A program made the translations under genes and the position numbers. Positions 63,991 through 64,000 of a stretch of 64,000 nt of DNA are shown here, in pieces. The stretch comes from Eledone cirrhosa (Eukaryota). The number at the start of each line of letters is the position of its first letter. The first letter of the stretch is position 1. The notes below the pieces were generated by a model. It did no database searches. It was given only the letters and a program-made list of their open reading frames with translations, and was not told the origin of the DNA. The DNA lies in contig OZ024743.1 in assembly GCA_964016885.1 (NCBI GenBank), forward strand, positions 243,784,001 through 243,848,000, read 5' to 3'.

Positions 63991-64000
63991 CGTAAGATGT

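Overview
Repeat-saturated, AT-rich eukaryotic DNA with no intact protein-coding gene that I can support. The SINE repertoire and microsatellite load suggest a cephalopod (octopus-like) genome; this is an inference from recalled repeat families, not a database result. About 26 kb (24682-50677) is one 50-bp satellite array (~520 units) with sequence-variant domains and higher-order repeats. The flanks contain tRNA-derived SINEs (Meta-type and CORE-type), RTE-LINE fragments, a decayed maT (DD37D) transposon, hAT, piggyBac-like and Tc1 MITEs, a non-autonomous LTR element with a tRNA-Trp primer-binding site, and a 48-bp minisatellite. The main signal missed by the ORF track is a set of about ten distinct families of type I hammerhead ribozyme (HHR) motifs, several with intact cores and compensatory base changes. 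Most sit in fold-back (inverted-duplication) elements embedded in (TA)n tracts, and one is linked to a Penelope-like GIY-YIG endonuclease remnant. A separate direct-repeat element carries a kink-turn motif supported by a compensatory change. All folds were read by eye and coordinates of decayed repeats are approximate.
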